Notes: generated by a model from the sequence alone, not told the origin. Shown: positions 21,683-33,738, counted from the first letter of the stretch. The stretch is 35,668 nucleotides of DNA from Octopus bimaculoides (GCF_001194135.2 NC_068981.1:162372692-162408359); one strand, 5' to 3'. Program-made: numbers and translations.

Positions 21683-22310
21683 TTATCATCATCCTAATTT
21701 AACGTCCGTTTGCCATGCTGGCATGGGTTAGACAGTTTGACTGCAGCTGATGAGCTGGAGAGCTGCTCCAGGTTCCAGTCTGATTTGGCATGGTTTCTAT
21801 AGCTGGATGCCCTTCCTAACACCAAGCACTCCAAGAGTGTAGTGGGTGCTTTTATGTGTCACTAGCACGGGTGCCATTTACATGATACCAGCAATGACCA
21901 TGACTACAATTCATTTACAAGACACTGGCAGCGACCCTGACAATTAATGGGTGCCATCTGCATGGCACCAGCAATGACTAAAACCAACGACCATGGTTCC
22001 CAAGATGCCAATTTACATACTACCATCGACGACCATGACTACAAAGCACAAGTGTCCTTTACATTGCACCAGCATCGACTACAATTCACAGGTACCATTT
22101 ACATGGTACCATCAATGACCATGACTATGAGGCATGGATATCATTTACATGGCACCAGCAGTGAACAAACACAACTACAAAGCATGGGTGTAATTTACAT
22201 GGCACCAGCAGCAAACGACCACAATTACGATTCATGGGTGTCATTTACATGACACTGGCACAGCCACAACTACAATTTCACTTGGCCTGATGTGTCTTCT
22301 CCCACCCAGC
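21683..22310 (-). mobile_element. RTE LINE 3' end with an expanded array of about 50-60-bp 3'UTR repeats
   Basis: catcatc...tttaacgtccgtttgccatgctggcatggg terminus, followed by about 7 units containing (ggtgcc)atttacatggcaccagca...gactacaa. Confidence 0.8.
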
Positions 22311-22340
22311 ATATCGGCAGAGCTCTCCATGAGACCCATG

Positions 22341-22498
22341 ACAGCCTTCTTTCAGTTTCTGTCTACCAAATCCACTCACAAGGCTTTGGTTGTCCCAAGG
22401 CTATAGTAGAAGACACTTGCCCAAGGTGCCATGCAGTGAGATTGAGCCAGGAACCAAGTGGTTGGGAAGCAAGCCTCTTACCGCTCAACCACGCCTGC
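22341..22498 (-). mobile_element. Family A SINE head/core
   Basis: Reverse complement of the head of 22519-22920. Confidence 0.9.
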
Positions 22499-22518
22499 AC
22501 CTATTTTCATTTATTGAC

Positions 22519-22920
22519 GCAGGAGTGGCTGTGTGGTAAGTAGCTTGCTTACCAACCACATGTTTCCGGGTTCAGTCCCACTGCATGGCACCTTGGGCAA
22601 GTGTCTTCTACTATAGCCTCGGGACGACCAAAGCATTGTGAGTGGATTTGGTAGACGGAAACTGAAAGAAGCCCGTCGTATATATGTATATGTATATATA
22701 TGTGTGTGTGTTTGTATGTCTGTGTTTGTCCCCCCAACATCGCTTGACAACCGATGCTAGTGTGTTTATGTCCCTGTAATTTAGCAGTTCGGCAAAAGAG
22801 ACCGATAGAATAAGTACTAGGCTTACAAAGAATAAGTCCTGGGGTTGATTTGCTCGACTAAAGGTGATGCTTTAGTATGGCCGTAGTCAAATGACTGAAA
22901 CAAGTAAAAGAATAAAAGAA
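22519..22920 (+). mobile_element. Family A SINE, full length
   Basis: A and B boxes, caccttgggcaagtgtc core, internal microsatellite, aaaagaat tail. Confidence 0.92.
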
Positions 22921-23619
22921 TATACATGGAATATTTCAGTAATAGAATGTCAACTCTTTTTGTTCTTAAATGTCACTGGAGTAGTTTTTTGCTGTGACTT
23001 TTGAGAGCAGTGAAAGCACCCTCTGGTTTCAATGTCAGTGTTATATAATGGACTGGGCTGCTATCTCATTTCGTATTGTCCTACTACTTTTATGATGGTT
23101 GTTATTTATTTATGGTGAGTATTTAATATTTCCCTGATAGCAATTTTATTTCAGTGTCTTGTTATGGTGCAACATAGACCAGTTAAAAGTGAATCTTCTG
23201 ATAAAGAGCTTATTGATTTTTTAGAAGGACTTGTTGCTGATTAGGAGTACATTTTGCATGGTGTTAGATGGGTTCATCTGGATATAAGATGAGATGCAGC
23301 TCGTATGTTACTCAGATTAGCTTACGTGTCAAGTAAGTTTATTGCTGTAAGATTGTAAGATTGTAAGAACTTCCTTCTCTCTTACAAACACTTACCAAGT
23401 GACCGTGTAATGTTATTCACTATTCAGTAATGACAAAGTAAAAGTAAACTTCAGCTGCACAAAAACCATGTCAAATGTCACTAAAACTCACAATGCAAAT
23501 ATTTTGCTAATAAATCAAGAGCAAAAAGAACCAATATGCAAGTGCCAAAATGTGAAACCTTGTCTCTTGAATGACAATGTTTTGTAAAGAGTATTTCATA
23601 TTGCACTGTAAAGTAGAGT

Positions 23620-23955
23620 AAAGACCCGCTTTTGTCATGAATGACCATGGGATTGCACCTAGAAAGTTCCCCTCCAAGGCACAAGTACAGGCAAGGTTGT
23701 TTTTATGGAAGAGCAGCAGTCATCCATGCAAACTAGTCTCCCTTATCCATGCCACCTATGGTGTGCAAGGGAAAGGCAAAGGCTGTAACAGCTTGGCACC
23801 AGTGACACTGCAACTCATTTCTACAACTGAGTGAATTGGAGCAATGTGAAATGAAGTGTCTTGCTCAAGAACACAACACACAGCCCTGTCATGGAATTGA
23901 ACTAACTACTGCATGATTGTGGGCTTGATGTTCTAAATACTGAGCCATGCACCTT
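23620..23955 (-). mobile_element. Family C-related SINE with a different 3' body
   Basis: Shares the head and core (tgtgttcttgagcaagacacttcatttcacattgctcc) with family C, then an unrelated body ending caatcccatggtcattcatgac...gtcttta. Confidence 0.7.
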
Positions 23956-24583
23956 GCATTGATTTCTCCCAAAATAATACCTTATAGAAGACCTATCCAA
24001 AATTTCCTGCAGCAGAGTAACTCACCATTCTATTACAGAAAACAGTACAGCACTGTCCAAATATATTTGAAAATAAAAAACAGAATGGAATAATCACATG
24101 TATTACAAGTACAGGTATTATAAATCATCATACTTTGATCTTCATCTTAAAGAAAGTTATAAGCTGCAAGTTAGTAATAAACCCACCCTTCAGGGTTGTG
24201 AAAGCCCTTCCCCACTGTATGATTTAGAGTCGTTTTGGGGTGGGTTCTAGAATGTAGATAAACAACACAACTGAGATGCAATGTTACCAGATGAGCTACA
24301 GAATGAGCACTAAAATTATGATTATTAATCAGGTAACTCTCCTGTTAGTTGTTGCAAAACTTCTGAATGGAAAATCACATGGGAGGGACTTGATAGTTAG
24401 TTATTGGTATAGAAAGCTCATGTTCTACTGAGCAACCTTTGTAAACCTATTCAAAAGAACAAGAAACACCGATGTATCAGGTTGGTTGATAATTGCATAT
24501 ACAACACAAGCAGCTAAAAACCAGGAGACACATGTGACCAATAACTACAGACTCAGAGCACGTCCGAATGAGATGTATAAATT

Positions 24584-24855
24584 CTTTCTACTATAGGCAT
24601 AAGGCCTGAAATTTTGTGGGAGAGGTTTAGTTGACTACATCGACCTCAGAATATTTCATATTGTACTGACCTCCTAAAATAGCAACTTACAAAAGATATA
24701 TCTGGTACTTATTTTATCAACCCCCAAAAAGGAAAAAGCAAAGTTAACCTCAACAGTATTTGTACTTAAAATATAAAGAACCAGAAGAAAGGTCACTGAG
24801 CATTTTAGCTGGTGTGCTTATGATTCTGTCAGCTCAGCTTTGTACACCTTTGTAG
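24584..24855 (-). mobile_element. Family B SINE nested in the R4-like RT
   Basis: Degenerate TSD tgtataaatt (24574-24583) / tgtacaaatt (24856-24865). Excision restores the reading MYKLYTSC. Confidence 0.8.
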
Positions 24856-24999
24856 TGTACAAATTATACACAAGTTGCTGGAATGCATTCATCCAGAACC
24901 ACTTCAAAATACAATGTAGAGACTGAAGAGCAGGCAAGAGGAAAGAAAGAAGTTTGATGTCATGTCATATATTTCCTCATTGACAAATCTGTCTTTAAC

Positions 25000-25217
25000 C
25001 CTTTAGCATTTTACCAGCCATATCTAACCAAATTATCTTGTCAGTTTTATGCTCAAACTGGCCAGATCCAGCTACTCACACCTACCCTAAAATGTCAGTC
25101 TAAAATTAAACAATCCAATAGTTAAAATCTCAAAGCTACAAGATAATGCATAATTAATTCAAAATTGTGTGAATAAATAAGCATTGCATTTGACAGAGGA
25201 ATCTGAATCCTAAAGAG
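25000..25217. mobile_element. piggyBac-type MITE
   Basis: TTAA on both sides (24996-24999, 25218-25221); 12-bp imperfect TIRs ccctttagcatt / aatcctaaagag. Excision restores the RT frame (VFKEAKQ). Confidence 0.8.
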
Positions 25218-25842
25218 TTAAGGAAGCAAAGCAGTATCACCAAAGCATGCTGACAGTATGGCTAAACTATAAGAAAGCATTTGTCTCTCTTCCTTACTCA
25301 TGGTCAATAGGATCACAATACCTTGCTGAGATTCCAATTGATAAAGTCCTTGACATTTAAAAGCTGACAACAACGTGGCTCACAGAACTATTGTTAAGAA
25401 CTGATGCTATCACTATAGTCACTAACAGAATTAAGTTATCAACAGGAATATTTCAGGGAGACAGCTTATCTGTCTTTGCGGTGAACCCCTTGTCAACCCT
25501 GTTAAAGATATACAAAGGTTTCTTGATAGAAGGGGTTGATGAATGGAATGTTTTTAAGCTGTACTCAATATTCCTGACACCAACAAGCAATTAGTTTACA
25601 TTTGGAGATATGCTATTGTTTAGAATTTATTCATACATGTAGAAATTTGTAATCCTATGTGTATATTTAGGTGTATCATCTTCAGGTCATAGAGGTTCAC
25701 AAAAGAAGGTTGTTAGGTTGAAAGTATATGGTGGTCAGCAGATGCGTCATTTCGCTTAGTTGTTGTTAGTTTTATTTGGATATTAATGAGATACTTAACC
25801 TTTTGTTTTAAGAAATGTGGAGGTTAAAGAATAATAGATTTG

Positions 25843-26190
25843 TGAGTGGCTGTGTAGTAAGAAGCTTGCTTCTGAGCCACATGGTTCCAGGTTCAGTCCC
25901 ACTGCATGTTACCTCAGGCCAACCAAAGCCTTGTGAGTGGATTTGGTAGACGGAAACTGAAAGAAGCCTATCATATATATATATATATATATGTATGTGT
26001 TTGTCCCCCACCATCACTTTGACAACTGGTGTTGATGTGTTTACATTCCCATAACTTAGTGGTTCACCAAAAGAGATTAATAGAATAAGTACTAGGCTTA
26101 CAAAGAATAAGTTCTGAGGTCAATTTTTTCGACTAAAGGTGGTGCTCCAGCATGGCCACAGTCAAATGACTGAAACAAGTAAAAGAGTAA
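25843..26190 (+). mobile_element. Family A SINE with a short internal deletion in the core
   Basis: gagtggctgtgtagtaagaagcttgc...cccactgcatgttacctcaggccaacc (lacks the ttgggcaagtg block)...caagtaaaagagtaa. Confidence 0.85.
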
Positions 26191-26622
26191 CCTAATGTAT
26201 CAATTTAATGTAAAATAGTTTTTATTATAACATAAAGATGCACATGGAAATATATGTATATAACATATGTATGCATATATGTATGTATATATATATATAT
26301 ATATATATGTACATATATATAAGATGTATACACACACACACACACACATGTATTATACATTTACAAGAAGAGAGTGACAGTCCAACAAATGTTGGCAGGT
26401 TAGCAGGCAGAAATTTCGAAGTCACTATCACCACTCTTGTTGTAAAAGAGTTATAAATATGTACTCTACAAAAAGTATTGAGTAATTCTTCAGTTTAATA
26501 CCAATTTTTTAATATTATAACTCGACATAAAAACAAACAACGCTGACAAACTGTCCAGCCCCTGCCAATATAGAACAAGAACACTAAATGATGATGATGA
26601 CGATGATGATGATGATAATATA

Positions 26623-26727
26623 TGAGGGGGTGCTGAAAAATTCCTGGGTTTGGGTTGAAGAAAATGCAAGAGGATCAGTTAATTATAATTTTATTCAATA
26701 TATCCCCTCTCAGATTCACACACTTAA
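26623..26727. mobile_element. Solo mariner-type terminus
   Basis: TA-tgagggggtgctgaaaaattcctgg resembles the TIR at 10167; no partner end found; cut by a family B SINE head at 26728-26780. Confidence 0.55.
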
Positions 26728-26780
26728 GGCAGCAAGCTGGCAGAAACGTTAACATGCCAGGTGAAATGATTAGTGATAGT

Positions 26781-28041
26781 TTGGACAGTAAAAATTAATA
26801 CGATAATATACAGTATGGAAGTATAAATGTAAAAAGTTAGTGCTAGTACATAGACTGCGCCGTTTCATGGCTGAAATAGGACTATATAAAATCATAAGCA
26901 AATTCTATCCGAGTTCATTAGAACGGGAAAATGATTTTACTCCCAAAATCAGTCACTCTTCAGGTCAAATCTCTAAGGTCACGTGATAAATATGGCGTCT
27001 ATTACCCAGAAGTACATGCGTATTATAATTACTAAAATAATAACGAAAATATCGAAAAAGAAAATCTACCTAAAATAAAAAGTTTCTTGAGGATTAAAAA
27101 TACTAAAATACTTAAACTTGCAAATTAACGCAGAGTAATAACTATACACATACAAAGATTCTATATTACGTAAATAATGCTTTGAAGATTAATACTGAAA
27201 AGTCACGTGATAAACATGGCGTGCATTACCAGAGGTAAATACGTGTTATAATTACTAAAATAATAACGAAAATATCGAAAAAGAAATTCTATCTAAAATA
27301 AAAAGTTTAATACTAAAATACTTAAAACTCTCAGATTTACGCAGAATAATAACTATATCAAATACGAAAGTTATATATTACTTAATGTTATGAAACATTG
27401 TAAAAGACTGCTCAAAGCTAATTTGATATATTTTACGCTACTGATCATAATTATAAGTTGGTACCTAATACTAGGTTTAAATAAATAAATTAGTGATCTA
27501 AACTTATATAAGTAATTTAATTTATGTCTGCATTCAATATTACTTTCATCGTGAGAGTTAATTAATTTTTTATTAGCTAATAATATCTCTTTAAATTCGT
27601 TAGTACATAATAAGCAGAATTTATTCCCTATCCTATATGATTTAGCCTTGCAAACTATTTTCCATTTTAACTCGTATTCTATTCTTTTTTATTTAAGTTC
27701 CCAAATGTATTTACTAAGTTTCGTAGAGTTCATTAAATTGCTGTTCTTAAAAGAATTCATATGTTGGGCCACCCAACATATTTATTTTAGGTAGATCTTC
27801 TTTTCCGATATTTTCGTTTATTATTTTAGTAATTATAATACGCATGTACTTCTGGGTAATAGACGCCATATTTATCACTGATTTTGGGAGTAAAATCATT
27901 TCCGCGTTCTTGGATAGAATTTGCTTATGATTTTATATAGTCCTATTTCAGCCATGAAACGGCGTAGTCTATGTACTAGCACTAACTTTTTACATTTATA
28001 CTTCCATACTGTATATTATCGTATTAATTTTTACTGCCCAA
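26781..28041. mobile_element. Foldback/MITE-like element with 260-300-bp inverted arms and an internal direct duplication
   Basis: 26781-27079 is the near-identical reverse complement of 27781-28041 apart from a roughly 30-bp indel. About 26980-27170 is directly repeated at about 27201-27380. No coding capacity seen. Confidence 0.85.
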
Positions 28042-28240
28042 TTTATAAATTTGACTTTTAAATTTTTTAGATTAAAATCTTAGATACATTAAGATGGTAT
28101 ATGCCACACAGCATGGATTTGGATGGGTTCTGAGTTGTAGAGTGGTGGTTCGTCTCTAAATTAATTATATACATATATATTATATATTAGGAAACCCGGT
28201 ATAATATTATACCGATATTTTATTAGAAACATCAGAACAC

Positions 28241-28339
28241 TCAGAACACTTTTAAGCAGGCTCTACTGGTTGCACACGACACACCTAGATGATACAATAC
28301 GATAAATTGTGGAAGTTGTAAAGATAATTTATGAACACC

Positions 28340-28342
<3 letters not shown>
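28241..28342. mobile_element. Solo Tc1/mariner terminus
   Basis: ...aaagataatttatgaacaccctg-TA resembles the cagggt TIRs of the DD37D copies; no second end found. Confidence 0.55.
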
Positions 28343-29304
<962 letters not shown>

Positions 29305-30801
29305 CAGGGTCTCTCAGATAAATTGGGTAAAATTTTGCAATACATAAAACTAGTTATAAACACTAAAATAATGGTAGTAGACAGATATAATTTTAATGTA
29401 ACATTTACCACAACAAAAACATTTATCACTCAATATGACCACCCCTTTAAGGCAGCAAGCTGGCAGAAACGTTAGCATGTCGGGCAAAATGCTTAGAGGC
29501 ATTTCGTCTGTCTTTATGTTCTGGGTTCAAATTCTGTGAAGTTCAACTTTGTCTTTCATCCTTTTGGATCAATAAATTGAGTACCAGTTGTATACTGGAA
29601 TCCATCTAATCGACTGGCCCTCTCCTCCAAAATTTCAGGCCTTGTGCCTAGAGTAGAAAAGAATATGGTCACCCTTTTGGGCAATTTTTGCCACCATATG
29701 AGAACAAAATTTTTTTGCAGCTACCACAGCCTGCCATTTTCCTTTGCATGCCACACACACAATGGAGGTCTTCAAACTGTTAACACTCGAGTGTGGTGAA
29801 GCATTGATCCTTGCTTGAAGTACACCCAATAAAAAGTAATCAAGAAGGTTGAGATTGGGACTATTATTGGGCCAGATGTTGGCCCTCATAAAAAATGGCA
29901 CCTTCTCACCAAGGAAGGCCTGTGTTGCTTTTGACCCATGGCATGCTACAGAATCCTGGGTGAGGACCACATTGTTAAGCCAACTTTTGTTCCCTCCAAG
30001 GTAACAGAAAGTTCTTTAGGATGTCTAGATACTCCTTTGCGCTGATCTTCGAGCCAGATTCAATGAAATGTGGATCCATGACACTTCCATCACTCACCAC
30101 AGCTTCAAATACCATCACAGAGGCAGGATTCTTAGTCTCAAACACAGGGAGAATGTCTGAAGAGTTGTATACACTCACTTGAGAATTGCTGGGATTCAGC
30201 TCAGCATCTACAGTGAACTTCTCATCCACAAACACAAGAGTTTTTCCTGCACCTAGATGCTTGATGAATGACAGAAGCTTTGGGCATCTCTTGGCTCTGA
30301 TAGCTTTGGCCTTGGCTGTTAAGAGGTGATGACATTGTCGAACATAGCTAGTCATGCCAAAATTCCTGTTCACAGCTCTGGATACCATGGAAAGGGACGC
30401 ATTGCATTTCTTTGCAAGAGTTGTAATGGATGTGGATGAGTTAGCTTCAATCAAGCGTTTGAGGCCAGCGAGAAACTTTGAATTGTGCTTGGAATCACTT
30501 CAAGCCTTGTGTTCTTTTCTATCAATCTTTCCCACTTTTTAAAATTATTTATACACACAATAAACTGTTGCTTTTGGAAGTTTCATCAACTTAGCAATTT
30601 TATTGGTAGTGTGTCCAGCATGTGCCAAAACAACAATTCTGCTCTTCCATGACTTTCCATTGTTGAATCAGTTTGCTAGTTACCTGAAAAATAAAGAGGG
30701 GCATTAGATTTTCAAGCAAGCAAGGTTTTCTCAAAAACCGAAATGTTAAACCCTCTAAGTCAACTGCTTAAACTCAGTCTCAATTTATCTGCAAGACCCT
30801 G
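29305..30801 (-). mobile_element. Near-full-length DD37D (maT-type) Tc1/mariner transposon with decayed transposase
   Basis: TIRs cagggtctctcagataaattg / caatttatctgcaagaccctg with TA TSD. Frameshifted ORFs 29975-30454 and 29635-29970 give VFVDEK...VMVFEAV...QDS-(37 aa)-LDY; the C-terminus KGGHIE* lies beyond the SINE insertion. Confidence 0.93.
29449..29661 (+). mobile_element. Family B SINE nested at the transposase C-terminus
   Basis: Degenerate 17-bp TSD aatatgaccaccccttt (29432-29448) / aatatggtcaccctttt (29662-29678). Confidence 0.85.
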
Positions 30802-30807
30802 TATACA

Positions 30808-32797
30808 TATCATCATTATCATTTAATGTCCACTTTCCATACTGGCATGTGTTGGTTGGTTTGACTGAGAACTGGCAAGCCAGGGGACTGCACCAAGCTC
30901 TAATCTGATCTGGCAAGGTTTTTACAGTTGGATGTCCTTCCTAATGTCAACCACTCCGAGACTGTAGTAGGTGCTTTTACATGCCACCGGCACAGGATCC
31001 AGTCATGCAGAACTGGCATGCTCAAATGCTGCTTTTTTATGTGCTGCTGGCACGGGTACTAGTCAGGTAGCACTGGCATTGGTCACACTCAAATGGTGCT
31101 TTTTACATGCCAGTGAGGCACCACAGGCATCATCCACACTCAAATGGTGCATTTTATGTGCCTCCAGCACAGATGCCAATTAGGCAGCAATGGCATCGGC
31201 CATGCTTAAATGGTGCATTTTACATGCCACCAGCATGGGTGCCAGTCAGGTGGCACTATCATCAGCCATGACTATGATTTCATTTGGTTCAGCAGGGCTT
31301 CCCAAGCACAGCATATTGCCCAACAATTGAAGGGTACTTTTTTAAATGGGCCAGTTATACAACACTGACATCAGCCACAACTACAATCTAACTTGGCTAG
31401 CTGGGTCTTCTTAAGCATGGCATAACTTCAAAGGTTTCTGTCATTTGTCATTGCTCTATGAGGCCCAATGTTCACAGGTCGTGCTTCACCACCTCATCCC
31501 ATGACTTCCTGGGTCTACCTTTCACAGGTGCCTTCCACTGTTAGGGTGTTATACTTCTTCACACAGCTGTCCTCATTCATATGCATTACATGACCATACC
31601 AGCACAGTCGTCTCTCTTACACATTTGATGCTTCTTGTGTTCAACTTTTCTCTCGCACACTGACATTACACATCTATCGAAGCATACTGGCTTCATTTTT
31701 TTCAAGCCTATGCATGTCCTCAGCAGTCACAGCCCATGTTTCACTGCTGTGTAGCATGGCTGTTCACACACAGGCATCATACAGTCTACCTTTTACTCTG
31801 AGTGAGAGGCCCTTTGTTACCAGCAGCGGTAGGAGCTCTCTGAACTTTGCCCAGGCTATTCTTATTCTAGCAGCTATGCTCTCAGAGCATCCAACCCCAC
31901 TGCTGACTTGGTCGCCTAGGTAATGTAAGCTATCAGCTACTTCTAGTTTTTCCTCCTGGCATGTAATGGAATCTGTTTTCTGTACATCTTCAGTGTTTAT
32001 TGCACCTATGCATCTGCCACACACAAAAACTATCCTCCCAGTTAACCTTCCTTTGGTATTGCTACACCTCTTACGTGTCCACAGCTTACACTGGGTACAT
32101 CTTAAGGAGTTTCTATCTATGCCCATTCTACAGATTGAGTAGGGCTATCTATCTGAAGGGGTTTGTGATTTGTCCACTTTCCTACTTACTAAGACTTTGG
32201 TTTTTGTTAGATTGACTCTAAGGCTCTCCGATTCTAGACCTTGCTGCTTCTAGTTCCGGTAGTGACTCAGCTATGAGAGCAAGGTCATCTGCATAGAGGA
32301 GCTCCCAAGGGCAGTCTATCTTTAATTTCTCTGTTATTGCCTGGTGGACTATGATGAATAAGAGGGGGCTGAAGACTGATTCTTGGTGATCCCCTACTTC
32401 AACCCAGAATTCTTCGCTATACTCGTTGCCAACCCTTACCTTACAGGTAGCATCCCTGTACATGGCTTGTACAGCTCTCAGCAACCACTGATCTATCCCT
32501 AGTTTCCACAGTGACCACTAGATGAGGAATCGGGGGACCCTGTCAAAAGCTTTCTCTATATCAACAAAAGCTAAGTACAGAGGTTAATCTGAAATACTTT
32601 AGTTCTTGCAATCCAAAATACTTCAGTTCTTTGATCCTCGTGTCGCTGAACATGGACAAACTTCTTCTTTTTCGCTTCTGCCTTGGCTATATATACCTGT
32701 CTCCTAACCTTCCTTCTGGCTATCTGGTACAGTTTCCTGCTACCCCCACACTTCCAGGTTTTCCAGGCCTGTTTCTTTGCTCTAATGGCCTTATGTA
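30808..32797 (-). mobile_element. RTE-clade LINE, 5'-truncated, internally deleted, RT decayed
   Basis: Minus strand: LYLAFVDIEKAFDRVPR...VGDHQESVFSPLLFIIV...ELLYADDLALIAES...LRVNLTKTKVL...YLGDQV...RIRIAWAKFRELLPLL...KGRLYDACV...RPRKSWDEVVKHDL, then 3'UTR tandem repeats and an (ATG)n tail. Confidence 0.93.
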
Positions 32798-32798
32798 T

Positions 32799-32840
<42 letters not shown>

Positions 32841-33063
32841 ACATATATATATATATATATGATGATAGAAAATTTAGACAAATACATATAATTAGGTTAT
32901 TGTGCTTAAGTGTTGAGTAGAGCACTGGCAAAGTTTAGGCTACCTGTTGTCATCCGTAGTTGTGTACATTTTCATTAGATTTACTTCAGGAACTTTGCAG
33001 TGGCAGTTAGGGTAATAGTATTAGTTAATAATAAGAGATGGATTTCATATTAGACTTTTATTA

Positions 33064-33109
33064 AATACAACATATGTTTCGACCCATCAGTCTGGGTCTC
33101 TTCAGGTAC
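33064..33109 (-). ncRNA. Minimal type I hammerhead ribozyme, intact core
   Basis: Minus strand gtac-CTGAAGA-gaccca(gactga)tgggtc-GAAA-catatg-TT-gtat: 6-bp perfect stem II, palindromic ACAUAUGU stem/loop III, GUU cleavage triplet, 4-bp stem I, followed immediately by AATAAA. Confidence 0.85.
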
Positions 33110-33448
33110 ATTGATAAAGAAGTCTCACTAGAGATTTTTTGTGTTGGCTGGCTTGTTATATGCCCATCCAGTTCGAGAATGAATAAAAGCAAAAAATATA
33201 AAAATGCAAAAAATATTATAGAAATGTAAAAAATTCAAATATGAACGTGGAAAACATTTGTTCCAGTTTAGATAAAATGACGTAATCAGCTTTCACTGTT
33301 GTAACTGCTTAGAGGAAAAAGAAAGTAGAAGGTGAAAGGAAGATTAATACTTAGAGAAGTAGTTCTGTGTTTGTGCATATACACACACAGACACACATAC
33401 ATATACATACATATATACATACATTCATATACACATACATACATTTAC

Positions 33449-33479
<31 letters not shown>

Positions 33480-33610
33480 TGCACATACATATATATGCAT
33501 ATACATACACACATACATATATGGACATACATATATAAACTCATATATTTAGATAAATATGTGCATATATAGATATATATGCATACACAGACACATATAG
33601 CAAGATACGT

Positions 33611-33738
33611 ACAGAGAAATGAGATATGCAACATAAAGAGTATAACCCTTCGTCAGTTGTCCCTGTTCCATCTACTCCGCGTTTCCAGGGACAACTGACG
33701 AAGGATTATACTCTTTATGTTGCATGTCTCCTTTCTGT
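33611..33738. repeat. Long near-perfect hairpin (45-55-bp arms, 20-nt loop)
   Basis: 33621-33665 versus the reverse complement of 33686-33730 shows 2 mismatches in 45 bp. Confidence 0.95.

Larger units (their letters stand above)
24190..25530 (+). mobile_element. Non-LTR retrotransposon RT relic, R4/Dong-like, with two nested insertions
   Basis: After removing the insertions: LESFWGG...KLLNGKSHGRDLIVSYWYRKL...NNYRLRARPNEMYKLYTSC...TEEQARGKK...VFKEAKQ...VWLNYKKAFVSLPYSW...GIFQGDSLSVFAVNPLSTLL. Multiple stops and frameshifts. Confidence 0.8.

Noticed and set aside
21860-22290. CRISPR-like repeat-spacer array
   Set aside because: Eukaryotic context, degenerate units with related rather than unique spacers, no cas genes, and contiguous with a LINE 3' end.
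25620-25690. Fourth hammerhead (CTGAAGA on the minus strand at about 25680-25686)
   Set aside because: No convincing stem II followed by GAAA and a cleavage triplet; at most a heavily decayed relic.
26925-26966. CTGAAGA plus hairpin on the minus strand in the foldback arm
   Set aside because: The hairpin is not followed by GAAA, so the core is incomplete.
28197-28214. 18-bp perfect palindrome cggtataatattataccg
   Set aside because: AT-rich and isolated, with no associated element end or motif; plausible by chance or local slippage.
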